Below are positions 10,357-18,246 of a stretch of DNA of 64,000 nucleotides, in pieces (position 1 is the first letter of the stretch; each line of letters opens with the position of its first letter). The translations under genes were made by a program, and so were the position numbers. The stretch comes from Rhodospirillales bacterium (GTDB lineage Bacteria > Pseudomonadota > Alphaproteobacteria > CACIAM-22H2). The notes under the pieces are model-generated. The model was not told the DNA's origin, ran no database searches, and saw only the letters and a program-made list of their open reading frames with translations. The stretch lies in the NCBI GenBank assembly GCA_016794005.1, contig JAEUKY010000016.1, positions 27,589 through 91,588 of the forward strand. Reading direction: 5' to 3'.

Positions 10357-10376
10357 AGCGTCGACACTTGTCGACG
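10357..10376 (+). other. Perfect hairpin GCGTCGAC-actt-GTCGACGC in the ALDH/SBP intergenic region.
   Basis: 8-bp perfect stem, 4-nt loop, no U-tract. It lies 20 nt upstream of the SBP ribosome-binding site. Confidence 0.4.
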
Positions 10377-10395
10377 CATCAAAAGGAGGCCCGCC

Positions 10396-11460
10396 ATGAG
10401 CAAGAAGCCAACAGCCCTTTCGATCCTCGCCGCCGTCCTGCTGGGAAGTGCAGCCATTCCCTTTGCCACGCTCGACGCCGCCGCCCAGACGCTCACGGTC
10501 GTGTCCTTCGGCGGTTCGTATCAGGACGGCCAGAGCAAGGCCCTGTTCCAGCCCGGCGCGAAAGCGCTCGGGATCACCGTCAAGGAAGAGACCTATACCG
10601 GCATCGCCGATCTTCGCCTCAAGGTGCGCGCAAACGCCGTGACCTGGGATATCGTCGCAAGCGGCTCCGGCAGCGCTGCGCGCGCGGGCGCCGAAGGTAT
10701 CCTCGAGAAGCTCGACTACAAGACCATCGATACGAAGGACTTCCTGCCGAATCTCGCAGGCGAGTACTGCGTCGGCGGCGACGTGTTCTCGACCGTCCTC
10801 GCCTGGAACACGAAGACCTACGGCAACAATGGCCCGCAGAACTGGGCGGATTTCTGGGACGTCAAGAAGTTCCCCGGCAAGCGCTCCTACCGAAAGGGTG
10901 TCGCGGGCGCCCTCGAGCCGGCCCTGATGGCCGACGGCGTGGCGCCGGCGGACGTCTACAAGGTTCTGGGCTCGCCCGGCGGTATCGAGCGTGCGATCAA
11001 GAAGGTCAAGGAACTGAAGCCGCACGTCGCCGTTTGGTGGTCGTCCGGCGCCCAGCATGCACAGCTGATGAAGGACGGCGAAGTCGACATGATCACCGGC
11101 TGGAACGGCCGCTTCGACGTGGTCGCCAAGGACGGTGCGCAGGTCGCCTACACGTTCAACCAGGCGCTGCTCGACTACGACTGCTTCGCCATCCCGAAAG
11201 GCGCGCCGAACAAGGATCTCGCGATGAAGTTCCTCGCCGAGATCAGCAAGCCGCAGTACCAGGCAGAGTTCACGAAGTACATCACCTACGGCCCGACGAA
11301 CAAGAAGGCCTACGACCTCGGCACCATCGACGCGGCCTATGCCAAGCGGCTGCCGTCGCATCCGGACAACGCGGCGAAGCAGGTGACGGTCGATCTCGAC
11401 TGGTACATCAAGTTCGAGGCGCAGGCCGCGGCCGCCTACGAGAACATGCTGACCGAGTGA
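10396..11460 (+). CDS. ABC transporter periplasmic substrate-binding protein, PotD/PotF (polyamine/amine) family.
   Basis: RBS AAAGGAGG, signal peptide (MSKKPTALSILAAVLLGSAAIPFA), 354 aa. It is followed by PotA/B/C-like genes. Confidence 0.85.
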   Translation: MSKKPTALSILAAVLLGSAAIPFATLDAAAQTLTVVSFGGSYQDGQSKALFQPGAKALGITVKEETYTGIADLRLKVRANAVTWDIVASGSGSAARAGAEGILEKLDYKTIDTKDFLPNLAGEYCVGGDVFSTVLAWNTKTYGNNGPQNWADFWDVKKFPGKRSYRKGVAGALEPALMADGVAPADVYKVLGSPGGIERAIKKVKELKPHVAVWWSSGAQHAQLMKDGEVDMITGWNGRFDVVAKDGAQVAYTFNQALLDYDCFAIPKGAPNKDLAMKFLAEISKPQYQAEFTKYITYGPTNKKAYDLGTIDAAYAKRLPSHPDNAAKQVTVDLDWYIKFEAQAAAAYENMLTE

Positions 11461-11468
11461 GCCGGGTA

Positions 11469-11504
11469 CGGAATGCGGCGCTCCGCGCGGAGCGCCGCAT
11501 TCCG
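11469..11504 (+). other. 36-nt perfect palindrome (CGGAATGCGGCGCTCCGC|GCGGAGCGCCGCATTCCG) in the SBP/ATPase intercistronic region, followed by CTTTCG.
   Basis: Read directly: a 16-17 bp GC-rich stem. It sits where SBP-gene stem-loops that give differential expression or partial termination usually occur. The U-tract is weak. Confidence 0.5.
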
Positions 11505-11534
11505 CTTTCGCCGGACGATTGATAGAGTGTGGAA

Positions 11535-12611
11535 ATGGCACGCAGCGCAGCACTCCCGATCGCCATCCGGCAGCTGACCAAGAGCTACGGCAAGCTCCGG
11601 GTCCTGGATTCGGTCGATCTCGACATCCGCAGCGGCGAATTTCTCACGCTGCTCGGCCCGTCCGGTTCGGGCAAGACGACCCTACTGATGATGCTCGCGG
11701 GCTTCGTGCGGCCCGATCACGGAAGCATGAAGTTCGGCGACAGCGAAGTCGTCCGGCTTGCGCCTCACAAGCGCGGCGTCGGGATGGTCTTCCAGAACTA
11801 TGCGCTGTTCCCGCACATGGACGTGGCGGCGAACATCGCGTTTCCCCTGAAACTTCGCGGCATCGGCGGCGACGACGCGATGCGTCGCGTGACCCAGGCG
11901 CTCGAGCTGGTCAAGCTCGGCGGCTATGGCGCACGCCGGATCGACCAGCTTTCCGGCGGTCAGCGGCAGCGCATCGCGCTCGCCCGCGCGATCGTCTTCG
12001 AGCCGCGAATCCTCCTGATGGACGAGCCGCTGTCCGCCCTCGACAAGCAGCTGCGCGAGCACATGCAGATCGAGCTGCGCCAGCTCCACGAGCGTCTCGG
12101 CATGACGACGGTCTATGTCACGCACGACCAGCGAGAGGCGTTGACGATGTCGGACCGCATCGCCGTCATCGATCAAGGGCGCATCATGCAGATAGCGCCG
12201 CCGCGCGAGCTTTACGAACGTCCCGCCAACAGGTTCGTCGCCGAGTTCATCGGCGAATCGACTTTCGTACCGGTCGAAGTGGCGAACGGCGCGTGCCGCC
12301 TCGACGGTATGGAGCTAAAGCTTGCGGTACCGCCCGCAGGAAGCGGCCGGCGCCTGCTGATGGTCCGGCCCGAGCGTCTGGAAATTCTGGGCGACGGCCC
12401 GGCAGACGACGTCAACGTGCTTCCGGCAACGGTGCAGGCCACGATCTACCAGGGCGACAGCGTTCTGCTTCACGCCTCGATCGGCGGCGGCACCAGCATC
12501 GCGATCCGGGGTGCCGCGTCCGGTCGCCTGCCTGCCGCGGGCGATAACCTCCGCCTCGGCCTTCGGCCGGCCGACGCCTACCTGATCGACGACGGCGGGT
12601 CGCCGACTTGA
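11535..12611 (+). CDS. ABC transporter ATP-binding protein (PotA/PotG-like).
   Basis: Walker A GPSGSGKTT, signature LSGGQRQR and Walker B ILLMDEPLSALD, with a C-terminal TOBE-like domain. A GTG at 11529 is an alternative start. Confidence 0.85.
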   Translation: MARSAALPIAIRQLTKSYGKLRVLDSVDLDIRSGEFLTLLGPSGSGKTTLLMMLAGFVRPDHGSMKFGDSEVVRLAPHKRGVGMVFQNYALFPHMDVAANIAFPLKLRGIGGDDAMRRVTQALELVKLGGYGARRIDQLSGGQRQRIALARAIVFEPRILLMDEPLSALDKQLREHMQIELRQLHERLGMTTVYVTHDQREALTMSDRIAVIDQGRIMQIAPPRELYERPANRFVAEFIGESTFVPVEVANGACRLDGMELKLAVPPAGSGRRLLMVRPERLEILGDGPADDVNVLPATVQATIYQGDSVLLHASIGGGTSIAIRGAASGRLPAAGDNLRLGLRPADAYLIDDGGSPT

Positions 12612-13495
12612 CCGGAGCGGAGCCCAACGCCGTCGGTCTGCGTCGCGACGCATTCCTCGAGCGGCTGGCGCTGTTCGGCCTCGGCGGGCCGGCGGTTCTG
12701 CTGGTTTTCGTGACGATGGTCCTTCCGGTCGGCTGGCTCTTCTGGCTTTCGTTTCTCGACGATTCCGGCGCGCTCAGCCTCGAGCACTATCGCCGCATGA
12801 TCGAACAGCCGTCCTATGGCCGCACCTTCCGGACGACGTTCGAGATCAGCGTGCTGACTACGGCGATCTGCGTGGCGCTCGGCTATCCGCTGGCCTACGT
12901 GCTCTCGCAACTGCCGCGGCGCGCGGCGAATCTCTGCATGATCGCGGTGATGCTGCCGTTCTGGACGTCGCTGCTCGTTCGGACCTATGCGTGGCTCGTG
13001 CTTCTGCAGCGGCGCGGCATCGTCAACACGTGGGGAATCAAGCTCGGCCTGTGGGACGAGCCCCTGACGCTGGTGAACAATTTGAACGGCACCCTGATCG
13101 GCATGGTCCATATCATGCTGCCGTTCCTCGTGCTGCCGGTATACGGATCGATGCGCGCGATCGACCGCGACTTCCTCAAGGCGGCTGCGAATCTCGGCGC
13201 AGGCCCGGTGCGCGCGTTCTGGCAGGTCTTCCTGCCGCTTTCGATGCCGGGTCTCGTCGCGGGCATCATCATCGTCTTCATTCTGTGCCTGGGGTTCTAC
13301 GTCACGCCGGCGGTGCTCGGCGGCGGAAAGGTCACGATGGTGGCCAACCGGATCGCGACCGATATCGAAGTGTTCTTCAACTGGGGTGCGGCGAGCGCGC
13401 TCGGCGTCGTGCTTTTCGCATTGACGATCGCGCTTCTCTACGTCGCAGCAAGGCTTGTCGGCCTCAACCGCGTGCTCGGCGGGGACGATCCATGA
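12608..13495 (+). CDS. ABC transporter permease (PotB/PotH-like).
   Basis: Six-TM permease with the EAA-like region; TTG start overlapping the ATPase stop. Confidence 0.8.
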   Translation: MTGAEPNAVGLRRDAFLERLALFGLGGPAVLLVFVTMVLPVGWLFWLSFLDDSGALSLEHYRRMIEQPSYGRTFRTTFEISVLTTAICVALGYPLAYVLSQLPRRAANLCMIAVMLPFWTSLLVRTYAWLVLLQRRGIVNTWGIKLGLWDEPLTLVNNLNGTLIGMVHIMLPFLVLPVYGSMRAIDRDFLKAAANLGAGPVRAFWQVFLPLSMPGLVAGIIIVFILCLGFYVTPAVLGGGKVTMVANRIATDIEVFFNWGAASALGVVLFALTIALLYVAARLVGLNRVLGGDDP

Positions 13496-14307
13496 GCTGG
13501 CTCGACAAGGCCGCCAGCGAGACGCAGATCACGCACCGGCATCGGCTCTGGCTCTACGTGCTCGCCGGCCTGGTGATGATCTTCCTGATGCTGCCGACGC
13601 TCATCGTCATCCCGATGTCGTTCTCGGAATCGCAGTATCTCGAGTTTCCGCCGCGTGAATGGTCGCTGCGCTGGTACCGGAACTATTTCGGGTCGGTTTC
13701 CTGGATGCAGGCGACGGCGACGTCGTTCAAGGCGGGCATCCTGACGATGATCGTCTCGACGACTTTCGGGACGATGGCGGCGTATGGCCTGCACACTTCG
13801 CGCTTCCGATGGACCGGCCCGGTCGTGGCGCTCCTGCTGACGCCGATCATCGTGCCGGTGATCCTCGTCGGCATCGGCGTTTTCTACGCGTATGTGCGCT
13901 TGGGTCTCGTCAACACGCTGACCGGCATCGTTCTGGCGCACAGCATGCTCGCGATCCCGCTCGTCGTCATGGTCGTCTCGTCGGCACTCAAGAGCTTCGA
14001 CATGAACCAGGAGCTGGTCGCCCGAAGTCTCGGCGCCTCGCGTCCGCGCGCGTTCTTCCTGGTCACGCTGCCGCAGATACGGTTCTCGGTGATCACCGGG
14101 GCGGTGCTTTCGTTCCTGACGTCTTTCGACGAGGTGATCGTCGCTCTTTTCGTCTCCGGCGGACCGAATTCGACGCTTACGCGGAACATGTTCGCGGCAT
14201 TGCGGGACCAGATCGATCCGACGATCGCGGCGATTTCGACGCTCGTGGTGCTTCTCACGTCGGCGCTTCTGGCGTTGTCCCAGCTGTTCGGGAAGCGGGA
14301 AAGCTGA
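13492..14307 (+). CDS. ABC transporter permease (PotC/PotI-like).
   Basis: MSWLDKAASE... hydrophobic permease. ATGA overlap with the preceding permease. It is the C-terminal part of the longer ORF 12991..14307. Confidence 0.8.
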   Translation: MSWLDKAASETQITHRHRLWLYVLAGLVMIFLMLPTLIVIPMSFSESQYLEFPPREWSLRWYRNYFGSVSWMQATATSFKAGILTMIVSTTFGTMAAYGLHTSRFRWTGPVVALLLTPIIVPVILVGIGVFYAYVRLGLVNTLTGIVLAHSMLAIPLVVMVVSSALKSFDMNQELVARSLGASRPRAFFLVTLPQIRFSVITGAVLSFLTSFDEVIVALFVSGGPNSTLTRNMFAALRDQIDPTIAAISTLVVLLTSALLALSQLFGKRES

Positions 14308-14316
14308 TCTGCGGCG

Positions 14317-15504
14317 TCATCGAGCGGGCGTAACCCGGACAAGCGCGCCGTTCTGGGCGTCCGTCAGAATCATGATCGCGCCATCCTTCGCGACCTTCAC
14401 GTCCCGGATGCGCGCGAATCCCTGAAGGTAGCGGGCTTCGCCCGTCACGCGGCCGCCAGCAAGAGTCAGCCGGACAAGCGTCCGGCTCACGAGGCCGCCG
14501 ACGAGCACGCTGCCGCGCCATGTCGGGAACATGTCGGCATCGTAGAACGCCATGCCGCTCGGCGCGATGACCGGATCCCAGTAATAGACGGGCTGCTCCA
14601 TGCCTTCGCGCGCTGTCTGGCCCGCGCCAACGTCGCGGCCGCTGTATTCGACGCCGTAGGTGATCACCGGCCAGCCATAGTTGCGCCCGGCTTCGGGGCG
14701 GTTCAACTCGTCGCCGCCGCGCGGGCCATGTTCGGCGGTCCATAGTGCGCCGTCGGGCCCCATGGCTGCCGATTGCAGGTTGCGGTGGCCGTAGGACCAG
14801 ATCTCCGGCCGCCCGCCGGGAATGGCGGGATTGCCCGCCGCCGGTCCGCCGTCGGGATCGATGCGCAGCACCTTTCCGAGATGCGTGCCGACATCCTGTG
14901 CGAGTCGTCGCGGCTCGGGATGCGAGCGCTCGCCGGTCGTGACGAAGAGCATGCCCGCCCTGTCGAACACGAGCCGTGAGCCGAAATGGTGGGTCGACGG
15001 CCAAGCTGGCTGCTGGCGGAACAGGACGCGCACGTCGGAGAAGGCCGTACCATCCTGCGACAGGACGCCGGTCGCGACGGCGGTGGCGTTGGCGCCTTCG
15101 CCGCGCGGTTCGGCGTAACTCCACCAGACGCGCCGCGTCCGGGCGAAATCGCCGCGGATGGCGACGTCGAGCAGCCCGCCCTGTCCGCGCGCGTCGACCT
15201 CGGGGATGTTGCGGATCGGTTCGGACTTCTGGCCCTCTGCGCCGATCAGGCGCATGCGACCGGGCTTCTCCGTCACCAGCCAGCTTCCGTCCGGGAGCTG
15301 CGTCATCCCCCAGGGATTTACCAGTCCGTCCGCGACGACGGCGGTCTGGATCTGCGTCCCATCGCGCAGGATCGGCGCGCGCGTCTGCCCTTCGAAAGCC
15401 GGCCGCTGGCCGGCCGCATTCGGCGGTACGACATTGAAATCCTGCGCCGTCGCCGGGCTGCAGACGGTCAGAAATGCGGAGGCCATCCAGATCGTTGCGC
15501 GCAT
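14317..15504 (-). CDS. PQQ-dependent soluble sugar dehydrogenase (YliI/Asd family, beta-propeller).
   Basis: Signal peptide; motifs GLVNPWGM, LPDGSWLVTEK and HGPRGGDELN typical of soluble glucose/aldose dehydrogenases. Confidence 0.8.
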   Translation of the reverse strand: MRATIWMASAFLTVCSPATAQDFNVVPPNAAGQRPAFEGQTRAPILRDGTQIQTAVVADGLVNPWGMTQLPDGSWLVTEKPGRMRLIGAEGQKSEPIRNIPEVDARGQGGLLDVAIRGDFARTRRVWWSYAEPRGEGANATAVATGVLSQDGTAFSDVRVLFRQQPAWPSTHHFGSRLVFDRAGMLFVTTGERSHPEPRRLAQDVGTHLGKVLRIDPDGGPAAGNPAIPGGRPEIWSYGHRNLQSAAMGPDGALWTAEHGPRGGDELNRPEAGRNYGWPVITYGVEYSGRDVGAGQTAREGMEQPVYYWDPVIAPSGMAFYDADMFPTWRGSVLVGGLVSRTLVRLTLAGGRVTGEARYLQGFARIRDVKVAKDGAIMILTDAQNGALVRVTPAR

Positions 15505-15639
15505 GCCGCTCCCTCCGGTCCCTGTCCGTCCGGCAGGATATGGGCGTGAAATCGGCCAAATCCAGTCTGGAAGTCGAGGGCGCGTCGGGACTATAAGTCG
15601 CCGCCCGCATTTCCACCTACGCCACTTTCACGGCTCCGA

Positions 15640-17262
15640 ATGATCCGCCTCGACAACATCAGCAAGCAGAACGGCCAGCAGATCCTGTTCATCGAGGCAT
15701 CCGGCGCCCTTCTGAAGGGTGAGAAGGCTGGACTCGTCGGCCCCAACGGGTCGGGCAAGACGACGATCTTCCGCATGATCGCAGGGCAGGAAGAGCCGGA
15801 CGAAGGGCAGGTCGCCGTCGATCGGGGGATCAGCATCGGCTATTTCAGCCAGGATGTCGGCGAGATGTCCGGGCGTAGCGCCGTCGCCGAAGTCATGGCC
15901 GGTGCGGGCGACGTCAGCGATGTGGCTGCGGAGCTCAAGCAGCTCGAGGCGTTGCTCGGCGATCCGGATCAAGCCGACGATTTCGAGAAGGTCATCGCGC
16001 GGTTCGGCGAGGTCCAGGCCCGGTTCGAGGAATTGGGCGGCTACGAGCTCGAGAGCCGGGCGCGCGAGACGCTCGCCGGCCTCAGCTTCAGCCAGGAGAT
16101 GATGGACGGCGACGTCGGCGCGTTGTCCGGCGGCTGGAAGATGCGCGTCGCACTCGCCCGCATCCTGCTGATGCGGCCCGACGTGATGTTGCTCGACGAG
16201 CCGAGCAACCATCTGGATCTGGAAAGCCTGATCTGGCTGGAAGGCTTTCTCAAGGGATACGACGGCGCATTGATGATGACGTCGCACGACCGCGAGTTCA
16301 TGAACCGTATCGTAACGAAGATCGTCGAGATCGAAGGCGGTTCGCTGACGACCTATTCCGGGGATTACGAGTTCTACGAGCAGCAGCGCGCGCAGAACGA
16401 GAAGCAGCAGCAGGCCCAGTTCGACCGGCAGCAGGCCATGCTGGCGAAGGAGATCAAGTTCATCGAGCGGTTCAAGGCGCGCGCCTCGCACGCGGCGCAG
16501 GTGCAGAGCCGCGTTAAGAAGCTCGAGAAGATCGACCGCGTCGAGCCGCCCAAGCGGCGCCAGTCGGTCTCGTTCGCTTTCCCGGCGGCGCCGCGGTCGG
16601 GCGACGACGTCGTGAACCTGCGCAACGTGCACAAGCGCTATGGCGGCCGGGTGATCTACGAAGGCCTCGATTTCATGGTCCGCCGCCGGGAACGCTGCTG
16701 CGTGATGGGCGTCAACGGGGCCGGCAAGTCGACTCTTCTGAAACTCGTCACCGGCACGACGCAGCCCGACGAAGGCACGGTCACGCTCGGCAGCAGCGTC
16801 AAGCTGGGCTATTTCGCCCAGCATGCCATGGAGCTCCTGGACGGCGACCGGACCGTCTTCCAGTCGCTGGAAGATTCGTTCCCTCGGGCGGGGCAGGGTT
16901 CGCTACGCACGCTGGCGGGCTGTTTCGGTTTCTCCGGCGACGAGGTCGAAAAGAAGTGCCGGGTGCTGTCGGGCGGCGAGAAGGCCCGGCTTGTCATGGC
17001 CAAGATGCTTTACGACCCGCCGAATTTCCTCGTCCTCGACGAGCCGACGAACCATCTGGACATGGCGACGAAGGAAATGCTGATCGCGGCACTTGCCGAG
17101 TACGAAGGCACGATGCTGTTCGTCTCGCACGACCGGCACTTTCTGGCGGCGCTGTCCAATCGCGTGCTCGAGCTGACGCCCGAAGGCATCCAGCGCTACG
17201 ATGGCGGATATACCGAGTACGTCGCCCGTTCCGGCCACGAGGCGCCCGGCATCCACGCCTGA
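15640..17262 (+). CDS. ABC-F family ATPase (EttA/Uup-like; two ABC domains, no TM).
   Basis: Two Walker A sites (GPNGSGKTT, GVNGAGKST), two LSGG signatures and an inter-domain linker; 540 aa. Confidence 0.85.
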   Translation: MIRLDNISKQNGQQILFIEASGALLKGEKAGLVGPNGSGKTTIFRMIAGQEEPDEGQVAVDRGISIGYFSQDVGEMSGRSAVAEVMAGAGDVSDVAAELKQLEALLGDPDQADDFEKVIARFGEVQARFEELGGYELESRARETLAGLSFSQEMMDGDVGALSGGWKMRVALARILLMRPDVMLLDEPSNHLDLESLIWLEGFLKGYDGALMMTSHDREFMNRIVTKIVEIEGGSLTTYSGDYEFYEQQRAQNEKQQQAQFDRQQAMLAKEIKFIERFKARASHAAQVQSRVKKLEKIDRVEPPKRRQSVSFAFPAAPRSGDDVVNLRNVHKRYGGRVIYEGLDFMVRRRERCCVMGVNGAGKSTLLKLVTGTTQPDEGTVTLGSSVKLGYFAQHAMELLDGDRTVFQSLEDSFPRAGQGSLRTLAGCFGFSGDEVEKKCRVLSGGEKARLVMAKMLYDPPNFLVLDEPTNHLDMATKEMLIAALAEYEGTMLFVSHDRHFLAALSNRVLELTPEGIQRYDGGYTEYVARSGHEAPGIHA

Positions 17263-17319
17263 AAGTCCGTGGAATCAAGTGCTTCGCCGTCTTCCGGCGG
17301 GCGGCATGTCCCGTGCAAG

Positions 17320-17925
17320 ATGCCGGCGATGCCGGTCCCGGGCCCCGAAATCACGATCGTACTCGTCGACGCCGACGCATCGCGCGCCGCGATGCTGCGT
17401 GCGGCGTTGACGGGATCGGGTTACCGGATCGTCGCGGTCGTCGGACCCGGCGACGACCTTGTCGCTGCGATGCGCCAGCACAGGCCGGGGCTCGTGATCG
17501 TCGACATCGAATCGCCGGACCGCGATACGCTCGATTCCATGCGCGCGCTTGCCGAGGACCGGATGCAGCCCATCGTCATGTTCGTCGACGAGACCGACGA
17601 AGCGGCGACGGTCGAGGCGATCCGTGCCGGCGTTTCGGCCTATATCGTCGACGGGCTTTCGGCCAACCGCGTGAAGCCGATCCTCGACGTCGCGATCGCG
17701 CGCTTTCGCGAGCATGAGCGGCTCAAGCGCGAACTCGACGACGCGCGCGAAAGCCTCGAAGAACGCAAGATCGTCGAGCGGGCCAAAGGCATCCTGATGG
17801 AAAGCCGGAATCTCGGCGAGGATGCCGCTTACAAGACACTCCGCAAGCTTGCGATGGATCGCAAGCAGCGTCTGGCCGACGTCGCGCGCGAGCTGATCGA
17901 GTTCGCGCTGGTGCTGAAGCGCTGA
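17320..17925 (+). CDS. nasT: NasT-type response regulator: receiver domain plus ANTAR RNA-binding antiterminator domain.
   Basis: Receiver region (ITIVLVDAD...VIVDIESP) and a C-terminal ANTAR motif (ERKIVERAKGILMESRNLGEDAAYKTLRKLAMDRKQRL). It lies directly upstream of a nasS homolog. The start is ambiguous (17269, 17320 or 17329). Confidence 0.85.
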   Translation: MPAMPVPGPEITIVLVDADASRAAMLRAALTGSGYRIVAVVGPGDDLVAAMRQHRPGLVIVDIESPDRDTLDSMRALAEDRMQPIVMFVDETDEAATVEAIRAGVSAYIVDGLSANRVKPILDVAIARFREHERLKRELDDARESLEERKIVERAKGILMESRNLGEDAAYKTLRKLAMDRKQRLADVARELIEFALVLKR

Positions 17926-17926
17926 G

Positions 17927-17943
17927 CGCACGCCTTTTGTGCA
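17927..17943. promoter_or_regulatory. Candidate NtrC upstream activator site cGCACgccttttGTGCa (GCAC-N7-GTGC dyad).
   Basis: The half-sites and spacing match the NtrC consensus TGCACCAAAATGGTGCA. It lies about 130 bp upstream of the sigma-54 promoter element. Confidence 0.45.
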
Positions 17944-18015
17944 CTGCAAAATAATTAGTCACGAGCGCATGCCGCTTCATGATTCCGCGACTCGGTATGG
18001 ATCGCAGGCATCCAG

Positions 18016-18028
18016 ATCAAGCTGTTGA
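18016..18028. promoter_or_regulatory. IHF-like site ATCAAGCTGTTGA between the UAS and the sigma-54 promoter.
   Basis: Matches WATCAA-N4-TTR except for the first base. The position, between enhancer and promoter, is typical. Confidence 0.3.
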
Positions 18029-18059
18029 TATAAAACAGATGTGAGATCCTTGGCGTAGC

Positions 18060-18075
18060 TGGCACGCGCGTTGCT
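18060..18075 (+). promoter_or_regulatory. Sigma-54 (RpoN) promoter: TGGCAC-gcgcg-TTGCT, the -24/-12 elements for the nasS operon.
   Basis: Exact match to the TGGCAC-N5-TTGCW consensus, read directly. It lies 170 nt upstream of the nasS ATG. Confidence 0.7.
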
Positions 18076-18137
18076 GAATGGATGTCGTGCGAAGTCGCAC
18101 GTCGGCAATGGCGCCGGCGGTCGATTGCACCTCATTC

Positions 18138-18222
18138 AGGGCGAAAGCCCTCGGGACAACGGCGTCCTGCGGATCTGGTTGGAGCGCTTCGTGCGACTCC
18201 GACGCGGAATCTGCAGGACGCC
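18138..18222 (+). promoter_or_regulatory. Structured 5' leader of nasS: a GNRA hairpin (18138-18151, AGGGC-GAAA-GCCCT) and a long 14-bp-stem hairpin (18161-18174 pairing with 18209-18222, enclosing a nested hairpin). It ends 24 nt before the nasS ATG, upstream of the GGAG RBS (18237-18240), and is followed by a short U-run.
   Basis: Base pairing read directly: GGCGTCCTGCGGAT pairs with ATCTGCAGGACGCC, followed by GUCGUCGUUUCGGG. Candidate NasT(ANTAR)-controlled terminator/antiterminator. Confidence 0.45.
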
Positions 18223-18246
18223 GTCGTCGTTTCGGGTCGGAGTGCG

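Noticed and set aside
9316-11460. 714-aa ORF that would fuse the ALDH 3' region to the SBP gene.
   Set aside because: The upstream 360 aa are an Arg-rich shadow overlapping the ALDH gene in another frame. The SBP has its own RBS (AAAGGAGG) and signal-peptide start at 10396.
18086-18222. Canonical ANTAR dual-hexaloop target (loops A..G..).
   Set aside because: The hairpins present have tetraloops (AAGT, GAAA) or a large internal loop. The only hexaloop alternative (GAAGUC) has G, not A, at position 1. So I report a structured leader but do not claim a consensus ANTAR motif.
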